DNA from: Bacillota bacterium
GTDB lineage: Bacteria > Bacillota > JAAYKD01
Direction: 5' to 3'
DNA length: 64,000 nt
Assembly: GCA_963666425.2 (NCBI GenBank)
Contig: OY762825.2
Coordinates: forward strand, 928,001 to 992,000
The notes below the pieces were generated by a model. That model was not told the origin of the DNA. It saw only the letters and a list, made by a program, of their open reading frames with translations, and did no database searches. This document shows, in pieces, positions 1 to 10,260 of the stretch; within the stretch, counting starts at the first letter, position 1; every line of letters begins with the position of its first letter. Both the position numbers and the translations under genes were made by a program.

Positions 1-2
1 CT

Positions 3-734
3 GCAACTTCAGCCTACGGCGTCTTCGCTAATAACGCGATGAGTCTGGTTACCTTGCCGACCATTCTCACCAGCTCCCTGTTCGTCACCTTGGTTCCTGC
101 CATTGCTGAAGCGCATGCGCTGAATGACACAAAGCGGCTGCAGCAGCAGGCCCAAGGCGGCCTGAAACTGACCTTGCTTTTTGCTTTGCCGGCTGCAGCC
201 GGCATGTGGATGGTTGCACCTGCGCTTTGTACGGTTTTGCGAATGGGTACCTCCACCACGGATGCACTGCGCACCTTGATCTTCGGTTTAATTTTTATTG
301 CGCTGCAGCAGGTTAGTTCCGGTATTTTACAAGGTATGGGTTATTCTGTTCAGCCGGTGCGGCACATGTTCTTAGGTGCTGCGGTAAAATGTCTGGGCAA
401 CTGGTTTTTAATTCCTATTTTTGGTTTGCACGGCGCGGCGATTGCTACCGGCGTTGGCTTTATGGTCGCAGCCCTGCTCAATCTCTGGCAGGTGAAAAAC
501 CAAATTGGCAATATCCTTCTCTGGAAATCGATGTTTTTCAAACCTTTGCTCAGCACGGCAGTGATGTTTTTTGCTCTGGTCTTACTGCAGCGGACAGCAT
601 GGCTGCAAAATATCGGTGCTTTCCTTGCTTTGCTTGTGCAGGCAGGAATTGGTATGATAGTCTATCTCCTTTGCATCGTGTTGCTGAAAGCTGTCACAAA
701 AGATGACCTGAGCTTATTGCGTAAAAAACAATAA
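3..734 (+). CDS. Polysaccharide biosynthesis / SpoVB-YtgP (MurJ-like MOP flippase) protein, 5'-partial
   Basis: Frame open from the window edge; multi-TM protein with SSLFVTLVPAIAEA, SSGILQGMG and FGLHGAAIAT motifs typical of the SpoVB/YtgP family. Confidence 0.8.
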   Translation, partial: ATSAYGVFANNAMSLVTLPTILTSSLFVTLVPAIAEAHALNDTKRLQQQAQGGLKLTLLFALPAAAGMWMVAPALCTVLRMGTSTTDALRTLIFGLIFIALQQVSSGILQGMGYSVQPVRHMFLGAAVKCLGNWFLIPIFGLHGAAIATGVGFMVAALLNLWQVKNQIGNILLWKSMFFKPLLSTAVMFFALVLLQRTAWLQNIGAFLALLVQAGIGMIVYLLCIVLLKAVTKDDLSLLRKKQ

Positions 735-813
735 TTACCTCAAGATATCTTTATTAACTTGAAATAATTCAGCTCTAAAATTTATTTTTTGCTTGTTTTG
801 CAATAGAAAAAGA

Positions 814-839
814 AGGATTTTTCTGAAAAGCAATCGAAT
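814..839 (+). promoter_or_regulatory. Sigma-H-like promoter (AGGA-N18-GAAT)
   Basis: AGGA 814-817, GAAT 836-839, upstream of RBS GGGAGG and ATG 874. Confidence 0.5.
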
Positions 840-873
840 GTAGATCTATGATTTTAAAAAGGGAGGCAGGATT

Positions 874-2886
874 ATGCAGAAAAGGCTACTATTGAGAGAG
901 GACCTGTTGTCAATTCAACTCACCGGCGATCCGCAGATTTCTCCGGAAGGGGATTGGATCGCTTATCTCTTAATGACAACAAATACCAAAGAGAATCGTG
1001 TAGAATCTTCTCTTTTTGGTGTAAAGACCAGCGGCGGAGAACCTTTCCGACTGACTTCGGGACCATTTGATACAAAACCCCGCTTCAGCCCGGATGGTGC
1101 TGAATTGGCATTCCTTTCCCGCCGCAGCGGATCCATGCAGATCTGGATTTTACCTGTACAATGCGGTGAAGCGACCCAATTCACCAACATCAAAGGTGGT
1201 ATTAGTGATTTCCGTTGGTTGCCTGCCGGTAATGGCTTTGTCTATACTGCCAACCTGGATGAAAAAGGAATCGAAAAAGAGGACTTCAAAGAGGAACAAA
1301 CGGATTATTATGCCAAATACACAGAAGACGTTAAAGTCATCGATAATCTTTATTATAAAATGGACGGTGTCGGTTATTTAACCGCCCGCAGACCGCAGTT
1401 AGTCTACCAGCAGAAGAATGAGAAACCGGTGCAGCTCACGAAAGGTCCGCAATTTGTCTATCAACTATGTGATATCGATGCAACCGGTCGCCATATTCTC
1501 TTCACCAGCCGTCAGGATGATGATTGGGGGCGCAATGCCTGGTCCAGTTATTTATATGAGTATAACATGGAAGAAGCCAGAGTACGTTACTTGGTATGCA
1601 AAGATCTGGAAGTAGATCAGGCAGCTTATAGCCCCAAAGGAGATCGAATTGCTTTTACCGCCTCGAAATCCGATACGATCGGCGGTAATATCATGTTGTA
1701 TCTGATTCCGATGCGCGGCGGCGAGCCGGAGCAGTGTGTCTCCTTTTTTGACCGCACTTTTACCAATATCTCTTTATGCGACATTCCTCTGAACGGCTCC
1801 ATGCCTTTGATTTGGGGTTGGGGTGCCAAGTCCGTCTATCTGCCGGTCAGTGATAAAGGCAATGTCTCTCTGTATAAGATTTTTGTTGATACGCAAAAAA
1901 TCGAACCGGTTGTGGCGGGAGAACGGACTATTTTCAGTTACTCCTTGAGTGCCAATTGCCGCAAGATTGCCTTTGCGGCCACTGAATTTACCAATCCGGC
2001 CGACGTTTACTTCTTTGATGTTGAACAGGAAAATATCCGTCATAAAGAAAAATGCCTGACTGATGTCAATCACGATTGGCTGGAAGAAATACAACTGTCC
2101 ACACCGGAAAAAATGAAAGCACGGGCAACCCGTAAATCACCGGAAGTTGACTTGTGGGTAATGAAACCCACCGATTTTACAGCCGACCATCCTTATCCTG
2201 CAGTTTTAGAAATTCATGGCGGTCCGATGTGCATGTATGCCAATGCTTTCTTCTTTGAATTCCAACTCACTGCTGCGAATGGCTTTGGCATCATTTTCAG
2301 CAATCCCAGAGGCTCACAAGGCTATGGCGAAGAATTTTCCACCGTCATCGCCAAGGAATGGGGCAAACGCGACTACGAAGATATCCTCTCTGTCCGCAAG
2401 CGTGCCTTGCGCCGACATAAATGGATCGACGAAAAACGCATTTCGGTCGCCGGCGGCTCTTATGGTGGTTTTATGACCGCCTGGATCGTCGGACATACCG
2501 AGAAATTCAAATCAGCGATCTGCAGCCGCCCCGTCATACATTGGGGTGCTATGTCCGGCACATCGGATGGCAATTGGGCTTGGCTGCGTCGTTTTGACAT
2601 GGTAGCGCCTTGGGAAGACGACAAGGCTTATAAGCAGCAGTCTCCTTACAGTTATGTCGATAATGTCATCACGCCCATCCTGATCGAAGTGCAGGAAGGC
2701 GACTTACGCTGTCCCTTTGAACAGGGTCAAATGTACTTTGCAGCGCTGAAATACCTGAATAAAACACCGGTCCGTTTTGTGGCATACCCCAATGAATTTC
2801 ATGGCATGAGCCGCAACGGCAAACCTTGGCATAAGGTGCATCGCTTGGCTCAGATTTTGAACTGGCTCAACACCTACGGCAAATAA
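874..2886 (+). CDS. S9 family peptidase (acylaminoacyl/dipeptidyl aminopeptidase)
   Basis: PD40-like propeller repeats (PQISPEG, PRFSPDG); IHGGP, NPRGS, nucleophile GGSYGG, D in GDLRCP, H in EFHG. Confidence 0.93.
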   Translation: MQKRLLLREDLLSIQLTGDPQISPEGDWIAYLLMTTNTKENRVESSLFGVKTSGGEPFRLTSGPFDTKPRFSPDGAELAFLSRRSGSMQIWILPVQCGEATQFTNIKGGISDFRWLPAGNGFVYTANLDEKGIEKEDFKEEQTDYYAKYTEDVKVIDNLYYKMDGVGYLTARRPQLVYQQKNEKPVQLTKGPQFVYQLCDIDATGRHILFTSRQDDDWGRNAWSSYLYEYNMEEARVRYLVCKDLEVDQAAYSPKGDRIAFTASKSDTIGGNIMLYLIPMRGGEPEQCVSFFDRTFTNISLCDIPLNGSMPLIWGWGAKSVYLPVSDKGNVSLYKIFVDTQKIEPVVAGERTIFSYSLSANCRKIAFAATEFTNPADVYFFDVEQENIRHKEKCLTDVNHDWLEEIQLSTPEKMKARATRKSPEVDLWVMKPTDFTADHPYPAVLEIHGGPMCMYANAFFFEFQLTAANGFGIIFSNPRGSQGYGEEFSTVIAKEWGKRDYEDILSVRKRALRRHKWIDEKRISVAGGSYGGFMTAWIVGHTEKFKSAICSRPVIHWGAMSGTSDGNWAWLRRFDMVAPWEDDKAYKQQSPYSYVDNVITPILIEVQEGDLRCPFEQGQMYFAALKYLNKTPVRFVAYPNEFHGMSRNGKPWHKVHRLAQILNWLNTYGK

Positions 2887-2915
2887 GAGACCTGGCAAAG
2901 GAGTGCCTCGGAGCT

Positions 2916-3899
2916 ATGATTCGCATCGACGCAAAAGATGGTTCCTATCTGCAGTTGCTGGAGTATGGCGCTGCGATACAAAAATTAGTAATCCCAGATC
3001 GTGATGGCCGACACTTGGACGTCGTCTTGGGCTATGATACGGTTTCTGATTATCAACAGTATGACGGTTATTTCGGTGCTGTAATCGGACGCTGTGCCAA
3101 CCGGATTCGCAACGCGAGTTTTATCCTTGGGGGTAAGCAAATTCAATTGATCGCCAACGAAGGAAAGAACAGTTTGCACGGCGGTATGCATAGCTTTGAC
3201 GCCAAAATTTGGTCGGTAAGCCGGTCGGATCAAAGTGTTTGTTTTCAGCTCTGCTCTCCTGACGGAGAAGCGGGTTATCCCGGCAATCTGGAATTCAGCG
3301 TCCGCTATACTTTCAACAACAGCCATCAGCTGATCATTGAATATGAAGCGGTTTCGGATCAGGATACTCTTTTGAATCCAACCAATCATGCCTATTTCAA
3401 CCTGAGCGGACATCAGTATAATCGCCTCGACGGTCATCTGGTAGAAGTGCTGGCGGAGACTGTTCTGGAAAATGATGAAGAAACCTTGCCAACCGGTAAA
3501 CAAATTCCAGTCAGCTCTACTGTTTACGATTTTCGCACACCTGCTGCTTTAGCGGCGGGGTTGGTGCAGCCGCACAGTAATATGCTGGCCTGCAAGGGAT
3601 ATGATCATAATTATTGTCTGAACGGCAGCGGCTTCCGACGCATTGGCAGTGCCGCCTCCGAGATCAGCGGCATCTCCATGCAGATCTTCAGCTCGATGCC
3701 GGGTCTGCAGTTATATACCGGCAACAATATTACACCGCGCCGTGGAAAAGACGGCATTGAATATCATCAGTACAGCGGAGTTTGCTTTGAAACACAATAT
3801 TTCCCTGATGCAATCCATCATCCGCAGTTTCTGCAGCCGATCCTGACAGCCGGCAAGCGCTTTTACAGCCGTACCGAGTATCATTTCAGTCCTCTTTAA
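2916..3899 (+). CDS. galM: Aldose 1-epimerase (galactose mutarotase)
   Basis: YFGAVIGRCANRI, NSLHGG, NPTNHAYFNL, GYDHNY, CFETQYFPD. Confidence 0.92.
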   Translation: MIRIDAKDGSYLQLLEYGAAIQKLVIPDRDGRHLDVVLGYDTVSDYQQYDGYFGAVIGRCANRIRNASFILGGKQIQLIANEGKNSLHGGMHSFDAKIWSVSRSDQSVCFQLCSPDGEAGYPGNLEFSVRYTFNNSHQLIIEYEAVSDQDTLLNPTNHAYFNLSGHQYNRLDGHLVEVLAETVLENDEETLPTGKQIPVSSTVYDFRTPAALAAGLVQPHSNMLACKGYDHNYCLNGSGFRRIGSAASEISGISMQIFSSMPGLQLYTGNNITPRRGKDGIEYHQYSGVCFETQYFPDAIHHPQFLQPILTAGKRFYSRTEYHFSPL

Positions 3900-3954
3900 T
3901 CTCTCTTTGCAGCTTGATACGAGTTTGCTGCAAATCCCATTGGCAAGTATCTGC

Positions 3955-3993
3955 ACAGCGGTTCCGTCAAATTCAGGCGGAACCGCTGTTTTT
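3955..3993 (+). terminator. Intrinsic terminator
   Basis: ACAGCGGTTCCG...CGGAACCGCTGT followed by TTTT. Confidence 0.75.
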
Positions 3994-4042
3994 CTATGCC
4001 TTGTTTCAACCCGAATAAAAAGAAACTATTTTATAAAAAAAC

Positions 4043-4068
4043 AGGATTCTACATTTGCTTTAGCGAAT
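4043..4068 (+). promoter_or_regulatory. Sigma-H-like promoter (AGGA-N18-GAAT)
   Basis: AGGA 4043-4046, GAAT 4065-4068, upstream of the oligoendopeptidase pair. Confidence 0.5.
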
Positions 4069-4118
4069 TTTCAGGATAGTTGTCTCGAAAAACTAAGAAG
4101 AATGAGAGGAGAAAATAG

Positions 4119-5909
4119 ATGAGTAAATTTCAGAATCTAAGCAGAACCTGGGATCTGGATATTTTCTTTCCGGGCGGCTGCGGTGCGGCACCTTTTCTTG
4201 TCTATGTCACCCAACTGGAATTGGATTTGGCAGCGTTCCAGCCACGGGCCAACCTGCCCATCACCGATCTCAACGAATGGGTCCCCCGCTTGCAGACATT
4301 GCAGGATTTGATCAGCCGCACTTCCTACGCCGGCGCCTTTGCCAATTGTCACAGCGCAGCAAAATCAGCCGATCTTGCCGCGCGCCAGATGAGCGGAAAA
4401 ATCCGTCAGTTAAGCGCTGTGCTGGCCAATATCAATACCGAACTGAATGCACAATTCCTGGCCATGTCGGATAGCGAATGGCAATTGCTGCTGAGCATGG
4501 ACGCACTGAAAGAGGTTGCCTGGAATTTAAACGAACGTCGGGAAAAATCGAAAACCCTGATGAGCAAAGAATTGGAATCTCTGAATAATTCTTTGGCTGT
4601 CAACGGTTATCACGGCTGGGGCAGTCTTTATACCATGCTCGCTTCCTCGCTGAAAGTCAAGGTCACGCTCAATGCGAAGGAACAGGAACTCTCGATGGGT
4701 CAACTGCAGAACCGCTTGTCCGATGCCGACCCCCAGGTCCGGCAATATTTAATGGAGGCTTGGGAAAACGCCTGGCAAAGCGCCGAAGAAAACATCGGCC
4801 ATACTTTGAATCAATTGGCCGGTTATCGTCTCAACCTTTACCAACACCGTGACTGGCCCGATTTTCTGCAGGAGCCGGTTGCTTATAATCGCATGCAGCG
4901 TCAAACACTCGACAGCATGTGGCAGACCATTGATGCCAATAAAGCAAAACTGGTCGCTTATCTGCAGCGCAAGAAACAACTGCTCGGTGTGGAAAAATTG
5001 AACTGGAACGATGTGGATGCGCCGATCGGCGGCGAGCAAACCAAAGTCTCTTTTGAAGAGGCAGCAGAATTTATTACCGACAACTTCCGCAAATTCAGTC
5101 CCAAAATGGCCGATTTCGCCACGATGGCCTTTCAGCAAAGCTGGATTGAATCGGAAGACCGTCCCGGCAAGCGGATGGGTGGTTTCTGTTCCGGTTTTTC
5201 GGAAGCCAAACAATCCCGTATTTTTGTGACGTTCTCCGGTACAATGGGCAATATGGCCACCGTCGCGCATGAATTGGGCCATGGTTATCATGGTTGGGTC
5301 ATGAAAGATATGGCACCGATAACCAAATCCTATGCCATGATTGTGGCCGAAACCGCTTCGACCATGGGTGAAATGATCGTTGCCAACGCCTCGGTAGCCG
5401 CTGCCAAGTCGGCAGAGGAAAAACTTTCCCTGATTGAAAGCAAGCTGCATCGTGCCGTTTCTCTCTTAATGAATATTGAAGCGCGTTTTCTCTTTGAAAA
5501 ATCCTTCTATACAGAACGTGAAAAAGGCGAAGTTGCCGTCAGCCGCTTGAACGAACTGATGATAGCAGCCCAAAAGCAGGCATATGCCGGCGCTCTGGAT
5601 GGTTATCATCCCCGTTTCTGGGCTTCCAAGCTGCATTTTTACAGCACCGGTGTTCCCTTCTATAACTTTCCTTATACCTTTGGTTTTCTCTTCTCTGCCG
5701 GAATCTATGCCAAAGCCTTGCAATTGGGTCCGGCTTTCGAAAATCAATACATTGATTTACTGCAGGACACCGGCCGCCTCAGCGTAGAAGAATTGGCCGA
5801 GCGGCATCTAGGTGTTGATCTGACCGGCAGCGAATTCTGGCAACAGGCGATCGATTCGGTTTTAGCCGATTATGATGAATTTATGACACTGACCGAAAAA
5901 ATGATTTAA
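4119..5909 (+). CDS. M3B family oligoendopeptidase F
   Basis: N-terminal WDL, RPGKRMGGFC, HELGH zinc motif, AETAS, FYNFPYTFG. Confidence 0.93.
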   Translation: MSKFQNLSRTWDLDIFFPGGCGAAPFLVYVTQLELDLAAFQPRANLPITDLNEWVPRLQTLQDLISRTSYAGAFANCHSAAKSADLAARQMSGKIRQLSAVLANINTELNAQFLAMSDSEWQLLLSMDALKEVAWNLNERREKSKTLMSKELESLNNSLAVNGYHGWGSLYTMLASSLKVKVTLNAKEQELSMGQLQNRLSDADPQVRQYLMEAWENAWQSAEENIGHTLNQLAGYRLNLYQHRDWPDFLQEPVAYNRMQRQTLDSMWQTIDANKAKLVAYLQRKKQLLGVEKLNWNDVDAPIGGEQTKVSFEEAAEFITDNFRKFSPKMADFATMAFQQSWIESEDRPGKRMGGFCSGFSEAKQSRIFVTFSGTMGNMATVAHELGHGYHGWVMKDMAPITKSYAMIVAETASTMGEMIVANASVAAAKSAEEKLSLIESKLHRAVSLLMNIEARFLFEKSFYTEREKGEVAVSRLNELMIAAQKQAYAGALDGYHPRFWASKLHFYSTGVPFYNFPYTFGFLFSAGIYAKALQLGPAFENQYIDLLQDTGRLSVEELAERHLGVDLTGSEFWQQAIDSVLADYDEFMTLTEKMI

Positions 5910-5946
5910 TCAGGTAATTTCTCAATAAAGCAATGAAGGAGTTGAT

Positions 5947-7749
5947 TTGATGCTGAAAGATTTAAATCCCGTCTGGGATCTGGAGCCGATTTTTCCCGGC
6001 GGCAGTGATTCCCCGCAATTAGCAGCTGAGCTTGACGCACTGAATGCAGAATTTACCGCTGTAATCGCAAAAATGAATCAATCTAAAGAACCCAACGAGG
6101 CGGTCTGGGCAGAACGATTCCAGGAAATCCAGACGCTGGCCCACCGCTTTATCCAAGTAGCCGCTTTCCTGGAATTTCTCAATGCGGCGGACACGACGGA
6201 TGTCAAGGCGCAAATGCTATTCGGCCGTTTTTTCAGTCTCTCCGGTCAGTTCGAACAGGTTTTAACGTTGGTCAATCAATTGATTTTGGCAGAAACAGAC
6301 GAACAGTGGCAGGCGTTGCTGCTGACCCCAACGTTCCAGCCTTATCGTTTCGTTTTGGACGAAATGCGCCGGCAGGCAGCGGATAAACTGCCGCCGGAAC
6401 AAGAAAATCTGATCAGCAAACTGGCTTCCGATGGTTATAAAGCCTGGGGCAGTATGTATGAACGCTTGGTCGCGCGGGTGAAGATCACTCTCACGGAAAA
6501 CGATGGCAGCACAACACAGCTTTCCGCAGGACAAGCCTACAATCGTCTCAACGACCCTGACCGCAGCCTGCGTGAACAGTTAATGCCAAAATGGGAAGCA
6601 GCCTGGCAGGATCTGGCTGACCTTGGCGCCCAGGAACTCAATTCCATGATGGGCTTCCGTTTAAATTTATATGAAGCCCGTGGTTGGGATTATATGAAAG
6701 AACCCCTTGAGATAAATCGCATCTCCAAAGCCACCGTAGATATGATGTGGCAGACGATATCGGAAAACAAAACCAAGTTGGTGGCTTATTACAAACGTAA
6801 ACAGCAGTTGATGGGTGCCGATCGGCTCTGTTGGCATGACTTTTATGCACCGATCGGTGCAGACGGTCAAAAAGCGACCTACACTGAAGCTGCGAATTTC
6901 ATTCTTGAGCAGTTTCAGGGATTCAGTCCGAAATTAGCTGCCTTTGCCGAAAAAGCCTTCCTGAACCGCTGGGTAGAAGTGGAAAACCGAGCCGGTAAAG
7001 GTGCCGGTGCCTTTTGTTCCTCATTGCCGATAATGAAAGAAAGCCGCATCTTTTCTACCTACTCCGGTAATCTCGAACATGCCACGACCATCGCGCACGA
7101 ACTGGGACACGCCTTCCATAATGAAGCGATGAAAGACCTGCCGGCGCTCAATCAAAACGTTGGCATGTGTCTGGCAGAAACCGCCTCCAACCTGAACGAA
7201 CTGGTGGTAGCGGAAGCGGCCATTCGTCATGCCAAGAACGAGGAAGAGAAATTAGCCTTACTGGCAGCCAAGATTGAACAAGCTGCCAGTGAAATGCTGA
7301 ATATTCATTGCCGCTATCTCTTTGAAGACAATTTCTGTCAAGCACGCAAAAAAGGTCCGCTTTCCGCTGCCGAATTGAATCAGATGATGCTGAATGCGCA
7401 AAAAACCGCTTACGAAAATATGCTGGACGTCTGGCATCCCACCTTCTGGCTGTCCAAAGGTCATTTTCATGGCACCAGCGTACCCTTCTATAATTTCCCC
7501 TATACCTTCGGTTTCTTCTTTGCCACCGGTATCTATGCCAAAGCAAAACAAGTCGGCGTCAGCTTTGAAGACACCTACATCGAATTGCTCCAGCATACCG
7601 GTGTGATGACGGTAGAGCAGTTGGCGATGCAGTACCTCCAGGCTGATCTGACCCAAAAGGAATTCTGGCAGACAGCCATTGATCTTTCCCTGTCGGATAT
7701 CGATGAATTCATGGCACTCTCCGAAAAAATCTTAGCTGCCAGAAAATAG
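5947..7749 (+). CDS. M3B family oligoendopeptidase F (tandem paralog)
   Basis: WDL, GKGAGAFC, HELGH, AETAS, FYNFPYTFG; start is TTG 5947 or ATG 5950. Confidence 0.93.
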   Translation: MMLKDLNPVWDLEPIFPGGSDSPQLAAELDALNAEFTAVIAKMNQSKEPNEAVWAERFQEIQTLAHRFIQVAAFLEFLNAADTTDVKAQMLFGRFFSLSGQFEQVLTLVNQLILAETDEQWQALLLTPTFQPYRFVLDEMRRQAADKLPPEQENLISKLASDGYKAWGSMYERLVARVKITLTENDGSTTQLSAGQAYNRLNDPDRSLREQLMPKWEAAWQDLADLGAQELNSMMGFRLNLYEARGWDYMKEPLEINRISKATVDMMWQTISENKTKLVAYYKRKQQLMGADRLCWHDFYAPIGADGQKATYTEAANFILEQFQGFSPKLAAFAEKAFLNRWVEVENRAGKGAGAFCSSLPIMKESRIFSTYSGNLEHATTIAHELGHAFHNEAMKDLPALNQNVGMCLAETASNLNELVVAEAAIRHAKNEEEKLALLAAKIEQAASEMLNIHCRYLFEDNFCQARKKGPLSAAELNQMMLNAQKTAYENMLDVWHPTFWLSKGHFHGTSVPFYNFPYTFGFFFATGIYAKAKQVGVSFEDTYIELLQHTGVMTVEQLAMQYLQADLTQKEFWQTAIDLSLSDIDEFMALSEKILAARK

Positions 7750-7769
7750 TTTAGGACTCCAGACTCACA

Positions 7770-7846
7770 AAAAAAATCCGGACAATTCCTCTCAGACAAC
7801 TTCAGCCTGCGCTGTTGCTGCCACAAGGATCTTGTCCGGATTTTTT
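7770..7846. terminator. Bidirectional terminator between convergent genes
   Basis: AAAAAATCCGGACAA ... TTGTCCGGATTTTTT inverted repeat with a long loop. Confidence 0.6.
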
Positions 7847-7859
7847 CTTGTTCAAATGC

Positions 7860-9413
7860 CTAAATCACCAGCTGCAGACTGCCAATCACAAAACCAAGCA
7901 AAGCGCCAAACCAGGTGATGGCTGATAATTCTTTGCCTGCAATGCTAATGATCAGTTGTTCAATCTCCGCAATCGGGAATTCATTCAGCCTGCGTTCCAC
8001 CATGCGGGTAACATTGAAAGTGGGCAGCAGCTCGGGCAGTGTTTTCACAGCGGATTGCTGCAGCCACTGCGCTAGTTGCAGCCACTGACTTTGCTGTGGC
8101 TGCCAACCCTCCAGAAATTCACTGAAGGGTTTCTGCAGCAGCAGATCGATCTGCTGCTGCAAAAAGAACCTGATTTGCTGCTGACGCTGTTCACTCTCTA
8201 TTTCCCGCTCCAGGATCTGCCAGAGCAGAACGGGGAATTTTTCCAGAATATCCTGTGCACCAAAACGCTCCGCCAGCTGCTGCCAGCTGCAGTCCTGCAT
8301 GGACTTTAAGCTGCCGTTCAGCCAAAGATTGATGGTTTCAGCGTCGGCTGTTTTGCGCAGCCCCTGCCAAAGATAATCAATCACCGTTTGCAAGCGTTCT
8401 TCCGTCAGCAGACTGTCTTTTCGCAGCAACCGCTCACTGAGCGGTTTTTGCGAAAAATCACGGAAAGCAGCTGTCAAACGCTCTGCCAGCATCGCTTGGT
8501 TCTCATCCTGATCCAGCCAGTTCTCCGCATCTGCCAACAAAGAGATGATCATTTTCAGCATGCGTTCTTCGCTGATCAAAGCAGCTAAAATATTCAGCGG
8601 CCACTGCTTTTCCATTTGCCGTTTGGCAAATGGGGCTAATTCTTTGGGTAATTCTGCATCGGTGAGAATTTCTTTCAGCAGCACAGCCAGGTTGGCGCGA
8701 TGGTCGAACAACAGCCGGTTCAATTCGCGGCTGGTGTCATCACCCAGCAGATCGGCAAGCGTTGTCTGGTCACTTTGCCATTGCAGCCTTAGCTGTTGAA
8801 AACGCTCAATCAGATTCACTTTCACTTTTTCACGCAAACGATCTTGCTGCAGCCAATTTGCCAGGAAATCGCTGAGATAGTTGCTGCCGGAAGCGAAGAG
8901 GTTCTGCGGCGGGATCTGCTGCAATGCTTTTTGCCATTGCTCTTGTAATAGTCGTTTACATTGCTCCTGTGTGGCTTCCCGCTTTGCTGCCTTCACGAGC
9001 CGCTGGATCAGCTGCTCCGCAATTTGCTGTTTTAGCTGCTTTCTGCGTTCTTCGGGCAGCTGCTGCAGCCAGGTTTCTGCTGTCATGCCTGATGTCAACA
9101 AGGTCTGCCAGCGCAGCGCCAGGAAATTGGCTATCCCGTCTTGCACCGATGGTTCCAAAAATGTACGGCTCAATTCGGTTTCGTTGAACAAATACTGCGC
9201 GACCACTTGGCCAACCTTGTTGGAGATCTCAGCACGGCGGTTGGGAATCACCCCCGGTGTAAACGGGATTTTCAGTTTACCGATATGATAGGCCCGGTAC
9301 GGCCGGAACAACATCCGGATAGCCAGCCAGTTAGTTATCAAACCGATGACTGCTCCGATCAGAGGAGGCAGCCACCAGCCGGAAGTTGCTTTCAGATATA
9401 GAAGAAAATTCAA
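7860..9413 (-). CDS. DUF445 (YheB-like) membrane protein
   Basis: PLIGAVIGLITNWLAIRMLFRP, PFTPGVIP at the N-terminus; KELSAITWFGALLGFVIG at the C-terminus. Confidence 0.88.
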   Translation of the reverse strand: MNFLLYLKATSGWWLPPLIGAVIGLITNWLAIRMLFRPYRAYHIGKLKIPFTPGVIPNRRAEISNKVGQVVAQYLFNETELSRTFLEPSVQDGIANFLALRWQTLLTSGMTAETWLQQLPEERRKQLKQQIAEQLIQRLVKAAKREATQEQCKRLLQEQWQKALQQIPPQNLFASGSNYLSDFLANWLQQDRLREKVKVNLIERFQQLRLQWQSDQTTLADLLGDDTSRELNRLLFDHRANLAVLLKEILTDAELPKELAPFAKRQMEKQWPLNILAALISEERMLKMIISLLADAENWLDQDENQAMLAERLTAAFRDFSQKPLSERLLRKDSLLTEERLQTVIDYLWQGLRKTADAETINLWLNGSLKSMQDCSWQQLAERFGAQDILEKFPVLLWQILEREIESEQRQQQIRFFLQQQIDLLLQKPFSEFLEGWQPQQSQWLQLAQWLQQSAVKTLPELLPTFNVTRMVERRLNEFPIAEIEQLIISIAGKELSAITWFGALLGFVIGSLQLVI

Positions 9414-9450
9414 AACCGATCACCCGCTCATTTCATCATTGATTGCTTTT

Positions 9451-9478
9451 ATTATAACCGGGTTCTCTGCTTTGTCAA
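9451..9478 (-). promoter_or_regulatory. Sigma-A promoter for the DUF445 gene
   Basis: TTGACA (9478-9473), 16 bp, TATAAT (9456-9451). Confidence 0.65.
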
Positions 9479-9481
9479 ATT

Positions 9482-10258
9482 CTATGATCCGGTCGACTTA
9501 TATTGCCGCAGACCAAAGCGCCAGAAAGCATAGCAGGGCAGCAAAAAGAAGAACGCCAGGCAAGGGCTTAGTGCATAGAGTGGGTTATTGCTGCGGCCGA
9601 TTAAAAAAAGGAAGGGGTAGTATTGAAATAATGCCAGCGGTACGACATAGGTCAGAAACCTCAGCACAGACCCGCCGTAAATCGAAACCGGATAACTGCC
9701 AAATTCCCGACCGCCATCCGTAAAGATATTCATAAATTCCAAGCCTTCAGTTGTAAAAAAACAAATCGCCGCGTAAATGGTAAAAAGGCCGCTGAAAACC
9801 ACCGTTCCGGATAAAACCATCAGGCTCAGCAGCAGGAGTTTCGTCCCATCCCAAATAACATTGCTTGCCGGGATCGCATAAGAGAAGATGATGACTGCCT
9901 GCAGTAATCTTCCCAAGCGCGTCAGTTCAATTTTAGTCGCTAAAATCTGAAAAATTTCATTTCTGGGACGCACCAGGATACGGTCAAATTCGCCGTTGCC
10001 GATCATGACTGCAAAACGGTCGAATCCGCGCGCAAAGCATTCCGCCAGAGAGAATGACATCAATACCACAGCAAAACAGAGCAATACCTGTTGATAAGTA
10101 AAACCGTCAATTTCATGGAAACGGGCAAACATAAAGTAGACCGAAAGAAAAGCCGCAAAGGATGTAGAAAATTGACCGATTAAAGTAAAGAGAAAAGAAA
10201 GTTTATATTGCATCTGGCTTTGCAGCTGAATCGAGAAATACTTCAAATAGAGCTTCAT
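9482..10258 (-). CDS. ABC-2 type permease (DUF990-like)
   Basis: Start reassigned to MKLYLKYF (ATG 10258); GEFDRILVRP, YPVSIY, RQYKSTGS C-terminus. Confidence 0.88.
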   Translation of the reverse strand: MKLYLKYFSIQLQSQMQYKLSFLFTLIGQFSTSFAAFLSVYFMFARFHEIDGFTYQQVLLCFAVVLMSFSLAECFARGFDRFAVMIGNGEFDRILVRPRNEIFQILATKIELTRLGRLLQAVIIFSYAIPASNVIWDGTKLLLLSLMVLSGTVVFSGLFTIYAAICFFTTEGLEFMNIFTDGGREFGSYPVSIYGGSVLRFLTYVVPLALFQYYPFLFLIGRSNNPLYALSPCLAFFFLLPCYAFWRFGLRQYKSTGS

Positions 10259-10260
10259 CG

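Noticed and set aside
3906-3934. TTTGCAGC...GCTGCAAA inverted repeat after galM
   Set aside because: Only 8 bp, and a better terminator lies immediately downstream
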